Shown piece after piece: positions 48,064 to 58,215 of a DNA stretch of 64,000 nt (positions are counted from its first letter, which is position 1; every line of letters starts with the position of its first letter). Both the position numbers and the translations under genes were made by a program. Source of the DNA: an uncultured delta proteobacterium. GTDB lineage: Bacteria; Desulfobacterota; Desulfuromonadia; Desulfuromonadales; JACZKF01. The notes under the pieces are model-generated. The model was not told where the DNA came from and made no database searches. It saw nothing but the letters and a program-made list of their open reading frames with translations. Location: NCBI GenBank assembly GCA_963816395.1, contig CAWFKQ010000005.1, forward strand, positions 224,001-288,000, written 5' to 3'.

Positions 48064-49104
48064 TCACCGGCCCCGGCCGGGAATAGCCCCTGCCAAGCCT
48101 TGACCGTTCTGCTGCAGTTGGGCCACCAACTGGTCGTTCACCCGCTTGGCGACATACTCATGCGCCAGGCGGATCGCGTTCATGATGGCTCGTGGGCTGG
48201 AACCGCCATGACAGATCATCCCCGTACCTTCGATGCCGAGCAGGGGTGCTCCCCCATATTCCGCATAATCGACTCTGCGGCGAAACGCCGCGAAAGAGGG
48301 GCGAGCCATCAGGTAGCCGAGTTTGGACAGGAAACGGCCGCCGAATTCCCGGCGCAGCATAGTGGCCAGCGACTCGGCCAGCCCTTCGGAAACCTTGAGC
48401 ACAACATTGCCGACGAAACCATCGCAGACCACGACATCCGCGGTTCCGTTATAGATGTCCCTGCCCTCGACATATCCGAGATAATTGAAGGACGCCCCTT
48501 TCAGCAGCTGGTGCGCCTCGCGCGTCAGTTCATTCCCCTTGCTCTCCTCCTCGCCGTTGGAGAGCAGCCCGACCCGGGGATTCGGTTTGCCCAGTACGTG
48601 GCGGGCATAAACCTCTCCCATCAGGGCGAACTGTGCCAGATGGTGAGGTTTGCAGTCGACATTGCCGCCGACATCGAGGACCAGGGTTTCGGCTTTGAGA
48701 TTTGGCAGGATGGTGGCGATCGCCGGGCGGTCGATCCCCCAGATCCGTTTGAGAACGAACATTCCCGCCGCCATGGTGGCACCCGAATTCCCGGCGCTGA
48801 CCACGGCATGGGACTCGCCGTTCTTGACCAGGTTGAAAGCGACCCGGATGGAAGAGTCCTTCTTCTTTCGGACGGCATCCGAAGCCGAGTCGTGCATTCC
48901 GACGACTTCACTGGCGTGCCGGACGGCGATATCCAGGCCGTCGGTCGAATGTTTCTTGAGTTCTTCCTCGATTCTGTCCGACTGACCGACCAGAACAACG
49001 GGAATCCCCCAGCGCCGGGCAGCAGCCACCGCCCCTTCGACTTCAGCGGCAGGGGCGTAATCGCCGCCCATGGCATCGACCGCGACGATAATCCGCTCCT
49101 TCAA
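48064..49104 (-). CDS. plsX: Phosphate acyltransferase PlsX
   Basis: VDAMGGD, SAGNSGA and DGFVGNV motifs. Confidence 0.96.
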   Translation of the reverse strand: MKERIIVAVDAMGGDYAPAAEVEGAVAAARRWGIPVVLVGQSDRIEEELKKHSTDGLDIAVRHASEVVGMHDSASDAVRKKKDSSIRVAFNLVKNGESHAVVSAGNSGATMAAGMFVLKRIWGIDRPAIATILPNLKAETLVLDVGGNVDCKPHHLAQFALMGEVYARHVLGKPNPRVGLLSNGEEESKGNELTREAHQLLKGASFNYLGYVEGRDIYNGTADVVVCDGFVGNVVLKVSEGLAESLATMLRREFGGRFLSKLGYLMARPSFAAFRRRVDYAEYGGAPLLGIEGTGMICHGGSSPRAIMNAIRLAHEYVAKRVNDQLVAQLQQNGQGLAGAIPGRGR

Positions 49105-49116
49105 TCGAGGGACCCC

Positions 49117-49296
49117 TTACTCTTCCTTGCCGATGACTTCTTTACCCTTGTAGGTCCCGCAGCTGGGGCAGACACGGTGGGGCTGTTTGGGCTCTTTACA
49201 CTGCGGACAGATGGAGATGCCGGGGGCCGACAGAGCATCATGAGCCCGACGCATGTCACGCCGCGATTTGGAGGTTTTCTTCTTGGGCACTGCCAT
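49117..49296 (-). CDS. rpmF: 50S ribosomal protein L32 (zinc-ribbon type; not in the ORF track)
   Basis: Manual translation [59 protein letters not shown]. Confidence 0.97.
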   Translation of the reverse strand: MAVPKKKTSKSRRDMRRAHDALSAPGISICPQCKEPKQPHRVCPSCGTYKGKEVIGKEE

Positions 49297-49394
49297 GGCA
49301 ACGTTTCTCCTTTGACACCGACCGGCCCTCGCCGTCCGGTTGATAATGAATGCTCACCTGAGCCGAGGAAAGCGGCCCTGAATGGCGGAACGTA

Positions 49395-49961
49395 CTAAGA
49401 CTCTTTCTTCGTTTCTACCTTGAGGTCCTTCAGGGCAGCAAATTTGTTTCCGAAGACCGGCGGCGTGCACCCGCATGGCTTTCGGTTCAGATCGGCCCCG
49501 CAGTGAGGGCAGAGCCCCCGGCAGGAGACATTGCACAACGGCTGCAGCGGCAAGGCCATAACCACCTGTTCCTGGAGCCCTTCCCGAAGGTCGATTTCCT
49601 CCCCCTGAAAGGGAATCAGGCCCAGGTCTTCAGGGGTCAGCTCGATCCCCTCTTCATCCTCGGAGTCAATAGCCTCGGGAATATCCCTGGCATAGGTAAG
49701 ATCGAATGAGACAGCCAGCGGCGCCTCGAATGCCTGCAGGCAGCGGCTGCAGGGGTATCGCAGCCTGGTATCCAGCGACCCTTCCACTTCCACCAGCTCC
49801 TGGACCCGAATGGCCCGCAACCTGATCTGCAGCGGTGCCAGGAAGGCGATGCCTTCCTCTTCCGCTGTCAGTTCGGCGAGAGCGGGGAAATCCTCGGGCG
49901 GTTCGCTGAATTCGAGTAACAGCCCGTTTTCCTTGATGTCATCGACGCGCAGGCGCATCAT
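49395..49961 (-). CDS. yceD: YceD/DUF177 family protein
   Basis: CSRCL and PLC...CRGLCPHCG motifs; directly upstream of rpmF. Confidence 0.92.
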   Translation of the reverse strand: MMRLRVDDIKENGLLLEFSEPPEDFPALAELTAEEEGIAFLAPLQIRLRAIRVQELVEVEGSLDTRLRYPCSRCLQAFEAPLAVSFDLTYARDIPEAIDSEDEEGIELTPEDLGLIPFQGEEIDLREGLQEQVVMALPLQPLCNVSCRGLCPHCGADLNRKPCGCTPPVFGNKFAALKDLKVETKKES

Positions 49962-49990
49962 GGCTTTCTCCGGTCCGCTCGAAGACGGTT

Positions 49991-50018
49991 AGTATAAGAA
50001 GTGCCTTCTCTTTGTCAA
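49991..50018 (-). promoter_or_regulatory. Sigma70 promoter of the yceD-rpmF-plsX-fab operon
   Basis: TTGACA-16-TATACT on the minus strand. Confidence 0.7.
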
Positions 50019-50170
50019 GAAGAAAACAGTTCCCTTCCCAGGCCCGACGCGCAACCTGTATTAGCTTATTCCCCGCCATTTTGCAAGTGATTAATTCCCC
50101 CCGCGGCCCGCCCTTGCATTCCCTGCCGCCATGGAGTAGAAAGGTGTTCAATGCCAATCGAGAGTAACCG

Positions 50171-50993
50171 ATGTCTACGCTCAGAGCAAGCCAGGCACTT
50201 GGCCGTCTGGTGGAAATCATGGCCCTTCTCCGCGCCCCGGAAAAAGGTTGCCCCTGGGATGCCGAGCAGACCCCGGAAAGCCTCCTTCCCTATCTGGTGG
50301 AGGAGACCCACGAGGTCCTGGAGGCGATCGAGACGGGCGATCCGGCGGCCATCCGGGAGGAACTCGGCGACCTGCTCCTGCAGATCGTTTTCCAGGCGCG
50401 AATATTCGAGGAACGCGGTGAATTCGACATGGCGGCGGTAAGCGAGACGATCGTCGAGAAACTGATCCGGCGCCATCCGCATGTCTTCGCCGACCAGACC
50501 GATCGCGACCCGCAGGCCCTCGCCGCCCAGTGGGAACGGATCAAGGCTGCCGAGAAGCCGCAGAGGGAAGAAACAGTGCAGCACCCTGGCCGGCGTCCCG
50601 CGCAGCCTGCCGGCTTTGCGCAGAGCGCGAAAAGTGAGTGAAAAAGCCAGTCGAGTCGGTTTCGACTGGCCGGACGCCCGTGGTATCCTGGACAAAGTCA
50701 GGGAAGAACTGGAGGAGCTGGAACAGGCGCTCGAAACGCAAGACCGTACAGGAACGGAAGCGGAGCTCGGAGACCTGCTCTTCTCCCTGGTCAATCTGGG
50801 ACGCTTTTTCGCCATAGATGCCGAGGATGCTCTGCGCCGAACCATCGACCGCTTCCAGCGGCGCTTCGCTCATATCGAGAAAACCGTCCGCAATCAGGGG
50901 CGCTTTCTGCAGGATGCAAGCCCCGAGGAAATGGAGATTCTATGGCAGGAAGCCAAGGCGATTGAACAGGGCCGGACCCCGTCATTTGAATAA
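50171..50993 (+). CDS. mazG: Nucleoside triphosphate pyrophosphohydrolase MazG (apparent +1 frameshift near 50560)
   Basis: GCPWD..QT, EELGDLL and RRHPHVF; second domain GFDW..ELGDLLF in the shifted frame. Confidence 0.93.
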
Positions 50994-51023
50994 AAACAAC
51001 GGCCATTCAATAATCTCCTGCCC

Positions 51024-51069
51024 TTTTCCACAAAACCTGTGGAGAACATGTGGAAAACCATGTGGACAG
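51024..51069. promoter_or_regulatory. Cluster of four DnaA-box-like 9-mers
   Basis: TTTTCCACA (51024), TGTGGAGAA (51038), TGTGGAAAA (51049) and TGTGGACAG (51061), followed by an AT-rich stretch. Confidence 0.6.
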
Positions 51070-51225
51070 CCTTTTCGCGCGGGGATTTTTCAGGCCGACT
51101 GACAACTTGCCCATTTTTTGAACAATAAATTTTCCTTATGTTTTTCGGTGGTTTGTATATTTCCATGGAAAAATTCGAGATCTGTAAATTTTTCTAACCA
51201 TGCCTCGTCACCAGAAGATGGAAAA

Positions 51226-51618
51226 ATGTTTATAAGACTGCTGGTTATCTTCATCTGCATACCGGCCATCGAACTTTATGTCCTGCTGCAGGTCCATCAC
51301 CTCATCGGTACCGCGCCAACCATCGCGCTCATCCTGCTGACCGGGATTGCCGGCGCCTACCTGGCCCGTACCCAGGGGATAGCCATTCTGCAGCGCATTG
51401 CGGCGGAACTCAATGCCGGGCGGCTCCCTGGCGAAGAACTCCTCGACGGTGCCATGGTCCTGACCGGAGGGATTCTTCTCCTGACGCCCGGATTCTGCAC
51501 CGACCTGCTGGGCTTTCTCATTCTCGTTCCCTGGAGCCGTGCCTGCCTCAAGAGAGCCGTCCGTTATCTTCTGCAGCGGATGATCGAACGAGGGGAAATA
51601 CACATTCACCGGCCCTGA
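51226..51618 (+). CDS. fxsA: FxsA family membrane protein
   Basis: IPAIELYVL, LARTQG and GILLLTPGFCTDLLG motifs. Confidence 0.92.
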   Translation: MFIRLLVIFICIPAIELYVLLQVHHLIGTAPTIALILLTGIAGAYLARTQGIAILQRIAAELNAGRLPGEELLDGAMVLTGGILLLTPGFCTDLLGFLILVPWSRACLKRAVRYLLQRMIERGEIHIHRP

Positions 51619-51625
51619 TGGGAGG

Positions 51626-51720
51626 TTGTCAGTTTGCAGTTCACAGTTTGCAGTACACATCTGCAACAACTGACAACTGACAACTAAAAAAGCCTGCAGG
51701 AATCCCGCAGGCCTTTTTTC
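51626..51720. repeat. Heptamer inverted arrays plus bidirectional terminator
   Basis: GTTGTCA/GTTTGCA/GTTCACA/GTTTGCA...AACTGAC x2, then AAAAAAGCCTGC...GCAGGCCTTTTTT. Confidence 0.65.
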
Positions 51721-51789
51721 TTTTCATTTCGTGCCGACCACTCCACCAGCCGGTTGCGGCTCTACCAGGTAGCCGGCTGCCGCCAGGAA

Positions 51790-52260
51790 TCAGTTCTCCG
51801 GCAGGAAGTGCTGCTCGTAGAGATCCTCCAGCGACTGCAGATGCCTGGTTTCGTCGTTGAAGATGCGCTCAAAGAGGTTGCCCATGGGCGCGCCGGCGCA
51901 TCCCTGGGCCATTCGCCGATAAAACTCGAGGGATTCCTTTTCCAGGTGAATGGCGTAGGCGAGCGCCTGCCGCCCATCGGCATCAGGGGCAAGCTCGGTC
52001 TTCTTCAGAACGTAATCGAGATTCATGGTCGGCACCGGCTGGTCGAGAAGGTGCATGGCCAGTTCTCCATCTACCAGGGCCTTCTCCAGCTGGTGCTTAT
52101 GTTCCAACTCGTCAAGAGCGGCATCCCGGAGGATAAGCCGGGCATTCCGGTCCTTCAGGATGCGCAGGGCCCGCTGGTAACTTCGGAAGCCATCCTCTTC
52201 CATTTTAACCGCCATCTCGACGGCGGCCTCAAAGGTATAACACGCCTGTTCCTGCGTCAT
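51790..52260 (-). CDS. Ferritin-like/rubrerythrin family protein
   Basis: Two E..E..Y / DExxH di-iron half motifs (DELEH, DETRH). Confidence 0.85.
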   Translation of the reverse strand: MTQEQACYTFEAAVEMAVKMEEDGFRSYQRALRILKDRNARLILRDAALDELEHKHQLEKALVDGELAMHLLDQPVPTMNLDYVLKKTELAPDADGRQALAYAIHLEKESLEFYRRMAQGCAGAPMGNLFERIFNDETRHLQSLEDLYEQHFLPEN

Positions 52261-52357
52261 ATTGCCGATCCTATTTATTCGACCGGAAACGGTTCCTTTC
52301 CGACGAAACTGCTCTGTGTCCATCCGGGGTTTCCGGATGGACCCTAGTTACATCCTG

Positions 52358-52552
52358 CTAGTAGATGACGATGTAGCCGTGCCGTTCCGCAATACGGGAA
52401 ATTTCCAGGACATCCCGCAGGCGGTATTCTGAACCGTCAAGAACGAAGGTGTAGCCGCCATCGGGCTCTTCCCTGGTCAGGCTGATCAGATATTCGAAAC
52501 TGGCAGTCTTGACTGTTTCCAATGCACCCTCCACGACGGCCTCTTTTATCAT
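52358..52552 (-). CDS. Small hypothetical protein
   Basis: 64-aa ORF with protein-like composition filling the intergenic gap. Confidence 0.5.
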   Translation of the reverse strand: MIKEAVVEGALETVKTASFEYLISLTREEPDGGYTFVLDGSEYRLRDVLEISRIAERHGYIVIY

Positions 52553-52685
52553 ACCGGGGGAAGATTCACAACCGCTTTATCGGCCTCGTTTCATCGGCAT
52601 CGCCCGCAGATCGATGCCAGCAGTGGCCCGATCTTTTGCTTCCCGGTTGCCAAGACCGGGACTTTCATGATAATAATCTGGCCCC

Positions 52686-53670
52686 ATGCGAATACTGAAA
52701 CCAACTCTGGCGATTTCGGCCGTGCTGGGCCTGCTGCTGCTGCACCTCCCGGAGACCCGGGAAAACCGCGAGGACAGCCTCTCCCGACCCGTTGCGGAAG
52801 TCTTCACCCCCGCCTCGCACCGGGACCTGGAAGAAATCTTCGCCGCCCGTGATTACGACTGGGAAACGGTCTCTGCCGGCGTCCCGCCCATCATCCTGAA
52901 AAGCTTTCCGGCGGATTTCTCCCAGAATTCCCGAAGTCGGTGAGAGAAAGAGGCTGTTCTTCCTCTCGCTGCTGCCGATGGTGCTCCTCGAGAACGCGGA
53001 AATCAGTCGACAGCGCCGCGAGCTAAAGGCCGCCTTCGCCGCGTGCGACCGGGGAGAGCTGCCGAATGGTGAAGAGCTGCGGCGGCTGGCGGCGCTGGCC
53101 GACCGTTACCAGATCGAGGCCGCTCCTTTGACCGTTCAGGGGCGGCGGGCTCTGCTGCGCCGGCTCGATGTCATCCCCCCCGCCCTGGTCCTGGCCCAGG
53201 CGGCCAACGAATCGGGATACGGCACTTCCCGCTTTACCCTGTCCGGCAACAATCTCTTCGGAGAATGGACCTTCAAGCGGGGCCGGGGCATGATTCCCCT
53301 GCGGCGCCCGGCCGGGGAATGGTACGAAGTCCGGCGCTTCGCCAGCGTCTACGACTCGGTTAAGTCGTATATGCGAAATCTCAACTCCCATGCGGCTTAC
53401 CGCCTCTTCCGCAGCCGCAGGGCCTGGCTGCGGGCCAAAGGTCAGCCCCTGCTGGCCACCGATCTGGCCCGCGGCCTGGAGCAGTATTCGCAACGCGGCC
53501 GCGCTTACGTCGAGGATATCCGCACCATTATCCGGCGCAACCAACTGGCCCTGCTCTCCTCGGTCAGCCTCCGCCTCCCCTCCCCTGCCCCCGAAACGGC
53601 GGGCGGAGCCGGTATCCTTTCCTACCTGCCGCCCGGCACCGACCAAGTCGCCCGATCCGAAAAGATGTAA
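52686..53670 (+). CDS. Bax-like glucosaminidase (GH73) domain protein (apparent +1 frameshift near 52926)
   Basis: RKRLFF..LLPMV, AQAANESGYGTSRF..GNNLFG, YMRNLNSH.AY and YSQRG..Y motifs. Confidence 0.87.
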
Positions 53671-53679
53671 CCGGGTTCT

Positions 53680-55132
53680 TCAGCCGCTGCCTTCCTTTAC
53701 CCTGCTGCGCAGATATCGCCGGATGCTGTTGCGCGCTTTCGGAGTAACCGCCCATTCCAGCCATTTGGGCAGAACCTGGGGGGAGGCGGCGCGTTCGATC
53801 GCCACCTGGTCGCCATCCATCAGCCGAGACTTGAGCAGGCGGGTCTGCCCGTTAATCCGCGCCCGGCAGGCGCACAAGCCGAGTTCCTCGTGGATATCGA
53901 AGGCAAAATCAAGGGCACTGCTCCCCTCCGGCAGAGTACGGGTCTCCCCGCGCGGAGTATAAACCTGTATCGAGGCCGACGCCAGCCGGAGACTTTCGGT
54001 ATCGAAGGCCGATTCCCCCTCCAGAAGAGAGCGCATCAACTCCTGAAAATTGGCCTTGCGGAACTCGAAACCGGGGGCCAGGACCCCCGCTTCGTTGAAG
54101 CGCGCCAGCTTGCGGGTGGTAATCTCCACCCGCATCCGGTTTTCCCCGGCCTGCACCGTTGTTTTCAACGACTGATAGCCGAACTGGGAAGAGACGTTGA
54201 GATGGTCGCGCAGCTTCCCGGGAATCGGCGGGAAGATCCCGTGTAAAAGACCGAGAGCCAGGTAGGCATCCATGGTACGGTCGACGCGGATCTCCAGCGT
54301 ATAGAGGGTGGCGAGGCCGCGGCTCATCGCCTGAGCCGCGGCAATGGAGAAGGGGCGCCAGCGGTCCATCAGCAGTACCGGTATCTTGTGGTGCTCGAAG
54401 CCGTTGTGCAGGGCCGTGCGCACCCGGCGCAGGTCCGGTTCGAGTTCCCTCTGCAGGCGGGAGATGACGGACTGATAGCGGGCGCTGCGCCGGGGGTAGA
54501 GGACACTTGAGAGAGAGCGCATCGAGTTCCGAGGCGACATGTCCCATCCCCAGATGGCGGGCCAGAGGAACGTAAATTGAACGCGTTTCCTCGGCAATCA
54601 GTGACTGCTTCTCCGGATTGAGGGCGCTGATCGTCTGCAGGTTATCCATCCGGTCCCAGAATTTCAGACAGAGCACCCGCACGTCCTGGATCGCGACCAG
54701 CAGCTGTTTACGGTAAGTCTCGGCTTTCAAGGCTTCGCGGCTGAGATCATCGGCGGTTGCCTTGGTCAGGCCGTTGACCAGCAGAGCCGCCTCGCGCCCG
54801 AAAGCGGTCTCAATCTCGGCCAGGGTCGTCGGGCTGTCCTCCACCACATCGTGCAGCACGGCGGCAATCACCGAAGCGAAATCCATCCAGTGCCGCGCCG
54901 CCAGATGCGCTACCCGCAGGGGATGAATGATGTAAGGTTCCCCCGACTTGCGCAGTTGCCCGGCATGCGACTTGCGGGCCGTGGCGACCGCCTGATGCAG
55001 GGTCTCGATCCCCCGATCGAGTTCCTGCTCGCTCAGCCCCCCTCCGTAATGGGTGACCAGCAGCTCCATAATTTCGTTGACCAGCCGCTGTTGATAGCGT
55101 TTATCGAGGGTAGACACCAGACTTCTCTCCAT
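53680..55132 (-). CDS. Short RelA/SpoT homolog: HD hydrolase, degenerate synthetase and TGS (apparent +1 frameshift near 54505)
   Basis: RKSGEPYIIHP, LHDVVED, GYQSL and VYTPRGE..LPEGSSALDFAFDIH motifs; no ZFD/ACT tail. Confidence 0.85.
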
Positions 55133-55282
55133 CGGCGGAACAGATGACCACGGCCGGTCAACGACCGGCCGGGAAGTCTATATTAGATGAGATCGGCGTA
55201 GCCAGCAAGCCTGTTGATTGACAACCCCGCAGGCCGCATTAACCTTGATGACGGAAGCAAATATCCGCGACGGGAGCCGGCC

Positions 55283-55669
55283 ATGAGAGATGAACGGATC
55301 GAGACCATTCGCAAGCGTCTGATGGAGATGCGGGAAAACCTGCTGATGGAGGTCCGGCATGGCAATGAGGAAGCCGCCGCCCTGATCGATGCCGGGGTGC
55401 CCGACCCCGGAGACCAGAGTCTGAACGATTATCTCTCCGATTTCCTCCACCTGCTGAGCGATGGCAAGCGCGAAGAAATCATGAGCATCGATGAAGCGCT
55501 GCTGCGCCTGCGGGAAGGAACCTACGGCACCTGCCAGAGATGCGGCGAGCCGATCCGCATCGAGCGCCTGGAAGTGCAGCCCTACACCCCGTACTGCGTC
55601 GACTGCAAGGAAGAACTGGAGCTGCAGGAGGCCCAGCGCTCCGGCCGTCCCGAATTGGGCAAGCTGTAA
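55283..55669 (+). CDS. DksA/TraR C4 zinc-finger protein
   Basis: Coiled coil with DPGDQS tip; GTYGTCQRCGEPI..RL...P....CVDC. Confidence 0.92.
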   Translation: MRDERIETIRKRLMEMRENLLMEVRHGNEEAAALIDAGVPDPGDQSLNDYLSDFLHLLSDGKREEIMSIDEALLRLREGTYGTCQRCGEPIRIERLEVQPYTPYCVDCKEELELQEAQRSGRPELGKL

Positions 55670-55709
55670 GCGGCAAGCGGCAAGCGGCAAGCGAAGCGGT
55701 AAGCTAAGC
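55667..55709 (+). repeat. Heptamer tandem repeat AAGCGGC
   Basis: AAGCGGC x3 plus degenerate units directly after the stop codon. Confidence 0.7.
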
Positions 55710-55877
55710 GGAACTGTGTCCAACCCTCCCTGAAACCTCCGTTTCAAATCCCATTCAACCTACGTTTCGACCCGCGGGCTTTTTCCTTTTCATTAAGCTT
55801 AAAACCCCTAAATACCAGTTGCAGAAGAGATTTTTAATGGTATCAATCCAATTAAACATCCATCTTAGGAAAAGACC

Positions 55878-57124
55878 ATGCGCCTCTTTCGAATGCATTT
55901 ACTGGGGCTCTTCCTCCTTGCTGCTGCCGCCGCTGGCCTCCGCCGCCGAACTGAACCTGTGGCCGGATGTCCGGGTCAGGATCGGGGGAGACTTCATCGG
56001 CGGTTATTTCCACGATGAGGCGCTCATGGGGAGTTGGGGGAGGGAAACCCAGTCGTTCAAGATGTCGCGTGGGATTCTCTCCCTGGACGTCCAGCACCAT
56101 TGCGGCTTCGGCGGACTGCTCGAATATGACGTCTTTCCCGACGAGGCCCGACGCGACCCGAACGACAAGGCAGGCACCAACTTCGACTGGTACAACAATC
56201 TCGGCACCGACCTCTATTATTACGGCGACTTCAAGGTCCGCAACGGCTATCTGCGCTACCTCAGTCCCGAGGAGCATTGGCTGCTGCGCTTCGGGCGCAT
56301 GGTGAACATCATCGGCTTCGAGGAGGACGAGGTTCCCTTCTGGGGGCGGCTCGACTCACCCCACGCGCATTTCCTCACCAAGGAGATCCTCAACGGCGCC
56401 GCCATCGCTTACCGCACTGATTGGCTGCGGATCGAGATCGCCGCCCTGAGCGGCCGCGGTCGGCCGGACAGCGATTACAACTGGTACCTGGACGGGAAGA
56501 CCGATCCCAACACCAGCGACAACAGCTGGCTCAAACTGGAGGGAGAGGCGCAGCTGCACTGGCGGGACAATTTCCTGCTGAGCGCCGGCTATCACACGGG
56601 CAAGACCGGCAGCGCTCCGGGTTCGATCTACAGCGGCAAGCACAACGATGACCGGCTGGTCTTCAATGCCCGCCTGCAGACCGACCCCCATCGGCCCCGC
56701 GGGTCTCAGGGTGCTGGCGCTGGGGCAATATTCCAAATTCACGGTGGGGCTGACGGAAGACGGGGTGCAGGGCAACCACACCGAACGCGATTCGCGCGAC
56801 CTGGACAAGGACGGCTGGTTTGCGACCGGCGGGCTCAGCTTCTTTGAGCGGCTGGGGCTGTACGTGACCTACGAAGAGATCGACCGGGTCGACTCGCTGG
56901 TCTGGTATGAGGTCGCCGAGTGCGATCCGCAGAGCACGGCCCTGGACAGCATCGAGCGCAGCACCATCTTCCACGCGGATTTCCGGTTCAATCCCTGGAT
57001 CTCCCTCTACGGTTTCTATCGGAAGATCGATTTCGATTTTCCCGAGATCAGCAAGATCCGGGCGGATGTGGTCGCGGCGGGGGATTACGACAAATACGGG
57101 GTGGTGTTGCGGGTGAAGTTTTAA
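55878..57124 (+). CDS. Putative outer-membrane beta-barrel/porin (two apparent +1 frameshifts near 55914 and 56688)
   Basis: Signal peptide MRLFRMHLLGLF..PPLASA; aromatic-rich alternating strands; C-terminal VLRVKF beta-signal. Confidence 0.7.
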
Positions 57125-57228
57125 GGCTTGTGGCTTGTGGCTTGTGGCTTGTGGCTTGTGGCTTGTGGCTTGTGGCTTGTGGCTTGTGGCTTGTGGCTTG
57201 TGGCTTGTGGCTTGCGGCTTGTGGCTTG
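57125..57228 (+). repeat. Heptamer microsatellite (GGCTTGT) x ~15
   Basis: 14 full units (one is GGCTTGC) plus a 6-nt partial unit, between two convergent stop codons. Confidence 0.97.
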
Positions 57229-57231
57229 AAA

Positions 57232-57645
57232 TTATCCCGCAAGCTCCACCAACAGGCGACAGAAACTACGAAAATCGCCGATTCTCTCCCGGAGGATATT
57301 GCGCAGGATATCGAAGTTCAGCTTCTGGTAGTCATGGACGGCGATATTCCGGAAACCGACCATCGCCTGCAGGTGGCAAGAGAGTTCCTGATCCAGCAGA
57401 CCCGCCTCGGCGAGCATGGCAAACGGCTCCCGGCTCTCCTGGGGGATACCCAGGCGCCGCCCCCGGACGAGGTGCATGGCAGCGTCTATTGACGCTTCGC
57501 AGGCCCGCAGCAGATTGAGAACGATAGCATCCTGGCGGGTGAAGTTGGTTTCGAGTTCCTCTTCATGCCCCTCGTATTCATCCCGGATACGGCCGAGACA
57601 GCGCTCGATGACGGCGACCTTGTTCAGCAGGACATCGTCAGCCAT
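57232..57645 (-). CDS. HepT-like (DUF86) HEPN RNase toxin
   Basis: GFRNIAVHDY matches the RX4HXY motif. Confidence 0.92.
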   Translation of the reverse strand: MADDVLLNKVAVIERCLGRIRDEYEGHEEELETNFTRQDAIVLNLLRACEASIDAAMHLVRGRRLGIPQESREPFAMLAEAGLLDQELSCHLQAMVGFRNIAVHDYQKLNFDILRNILRERIGDFRSFCRLLVELAG

Positions 57646-58054
57646 GCACATTCCCCCGGCGCCGGATATCATCCAGGATGCCGCGGCGTTCTTCGTTCAA
57701 ACGGGCGTAAGACACCAACGCCAGGTCCTCGAACCGCTCGACCTCGAGCACTTGGGCACAGTAGAGGCGTTCCCCATGGGCAACGACCTGGAGGCGCATG
57801 ACGGTACTCGATTTTCGCAGATCGACCAGGTCCACATCCCGCCCGAGGAGTATTGAGAGTTCCTGCGCCAGTTCCCAACGGCGGACGTTTGGAAGTGGTT
57901 TCTCGGCAAGAAAAGCGATATCGAGGTCACTCCCCGGGCGTTCAAAAGGAGTGCCCGCGCTGCCGAAGCGATATACTGCCGACAGTCCGGGCACGGCTTC
58001 CCGAAGGAATGTTACAGTGGCTGCAAAGTAATCTTTTTCTTTCGAGTAAATCAT
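57638..58054 (-). CDS. MntA-like minimal nucleotidyltransferase antitoxin
   Basis: GS-X10-DLD (GSAGTPFERPGSDLD) and VDLVDL; overlaps the toxin start. Confidence 0.92.
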   Translation of the reverse strand: MIYSKEKDYFAATVTFLREAVPGLSAVYRFGSAGTPFERPGSDLDIAFLAEKPLPNVRRWELAQELSILLGRDVDLVDLRKSSTVMRLQVVAHGERLYCAQVLEVERFEDLALVSYARLNEERRGILDDIRRRGNVHG

Positions 58055-58159
58055 GGCAACGGCCGCAAAAGGAATGATCTTACCGGCACTCTATCAAGGC
58101 TCAACGAGAATGTAAATCAGATTGGGGCCAGGCTCCACGACTGACAGGCTTTACTTTAG

Positions 58160-58188
58160 TTGACAGTCGGAAATCCCCTCTCTATATT
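58160..58188 (+). promoter_or_regulatory. Sigma70 promoter for the HEPN-MNT pair
   Basis: TTGACA-17-TATATT. Confidence 0.65.
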
Positions 58189-58215
58189 GAACCTTGATCA
58201 AGAACTGCAGGGGGA

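Noticed and set aside
57125..57228. Possible CRISPR array
   Set aside because: Pure 7-nt tandem repeat with no spacers and no cas genes.
56920..57518. ORFs with LVACGLW repeats
   Set aside because: Translations of the heptamer microsatellite overlapping real genes.
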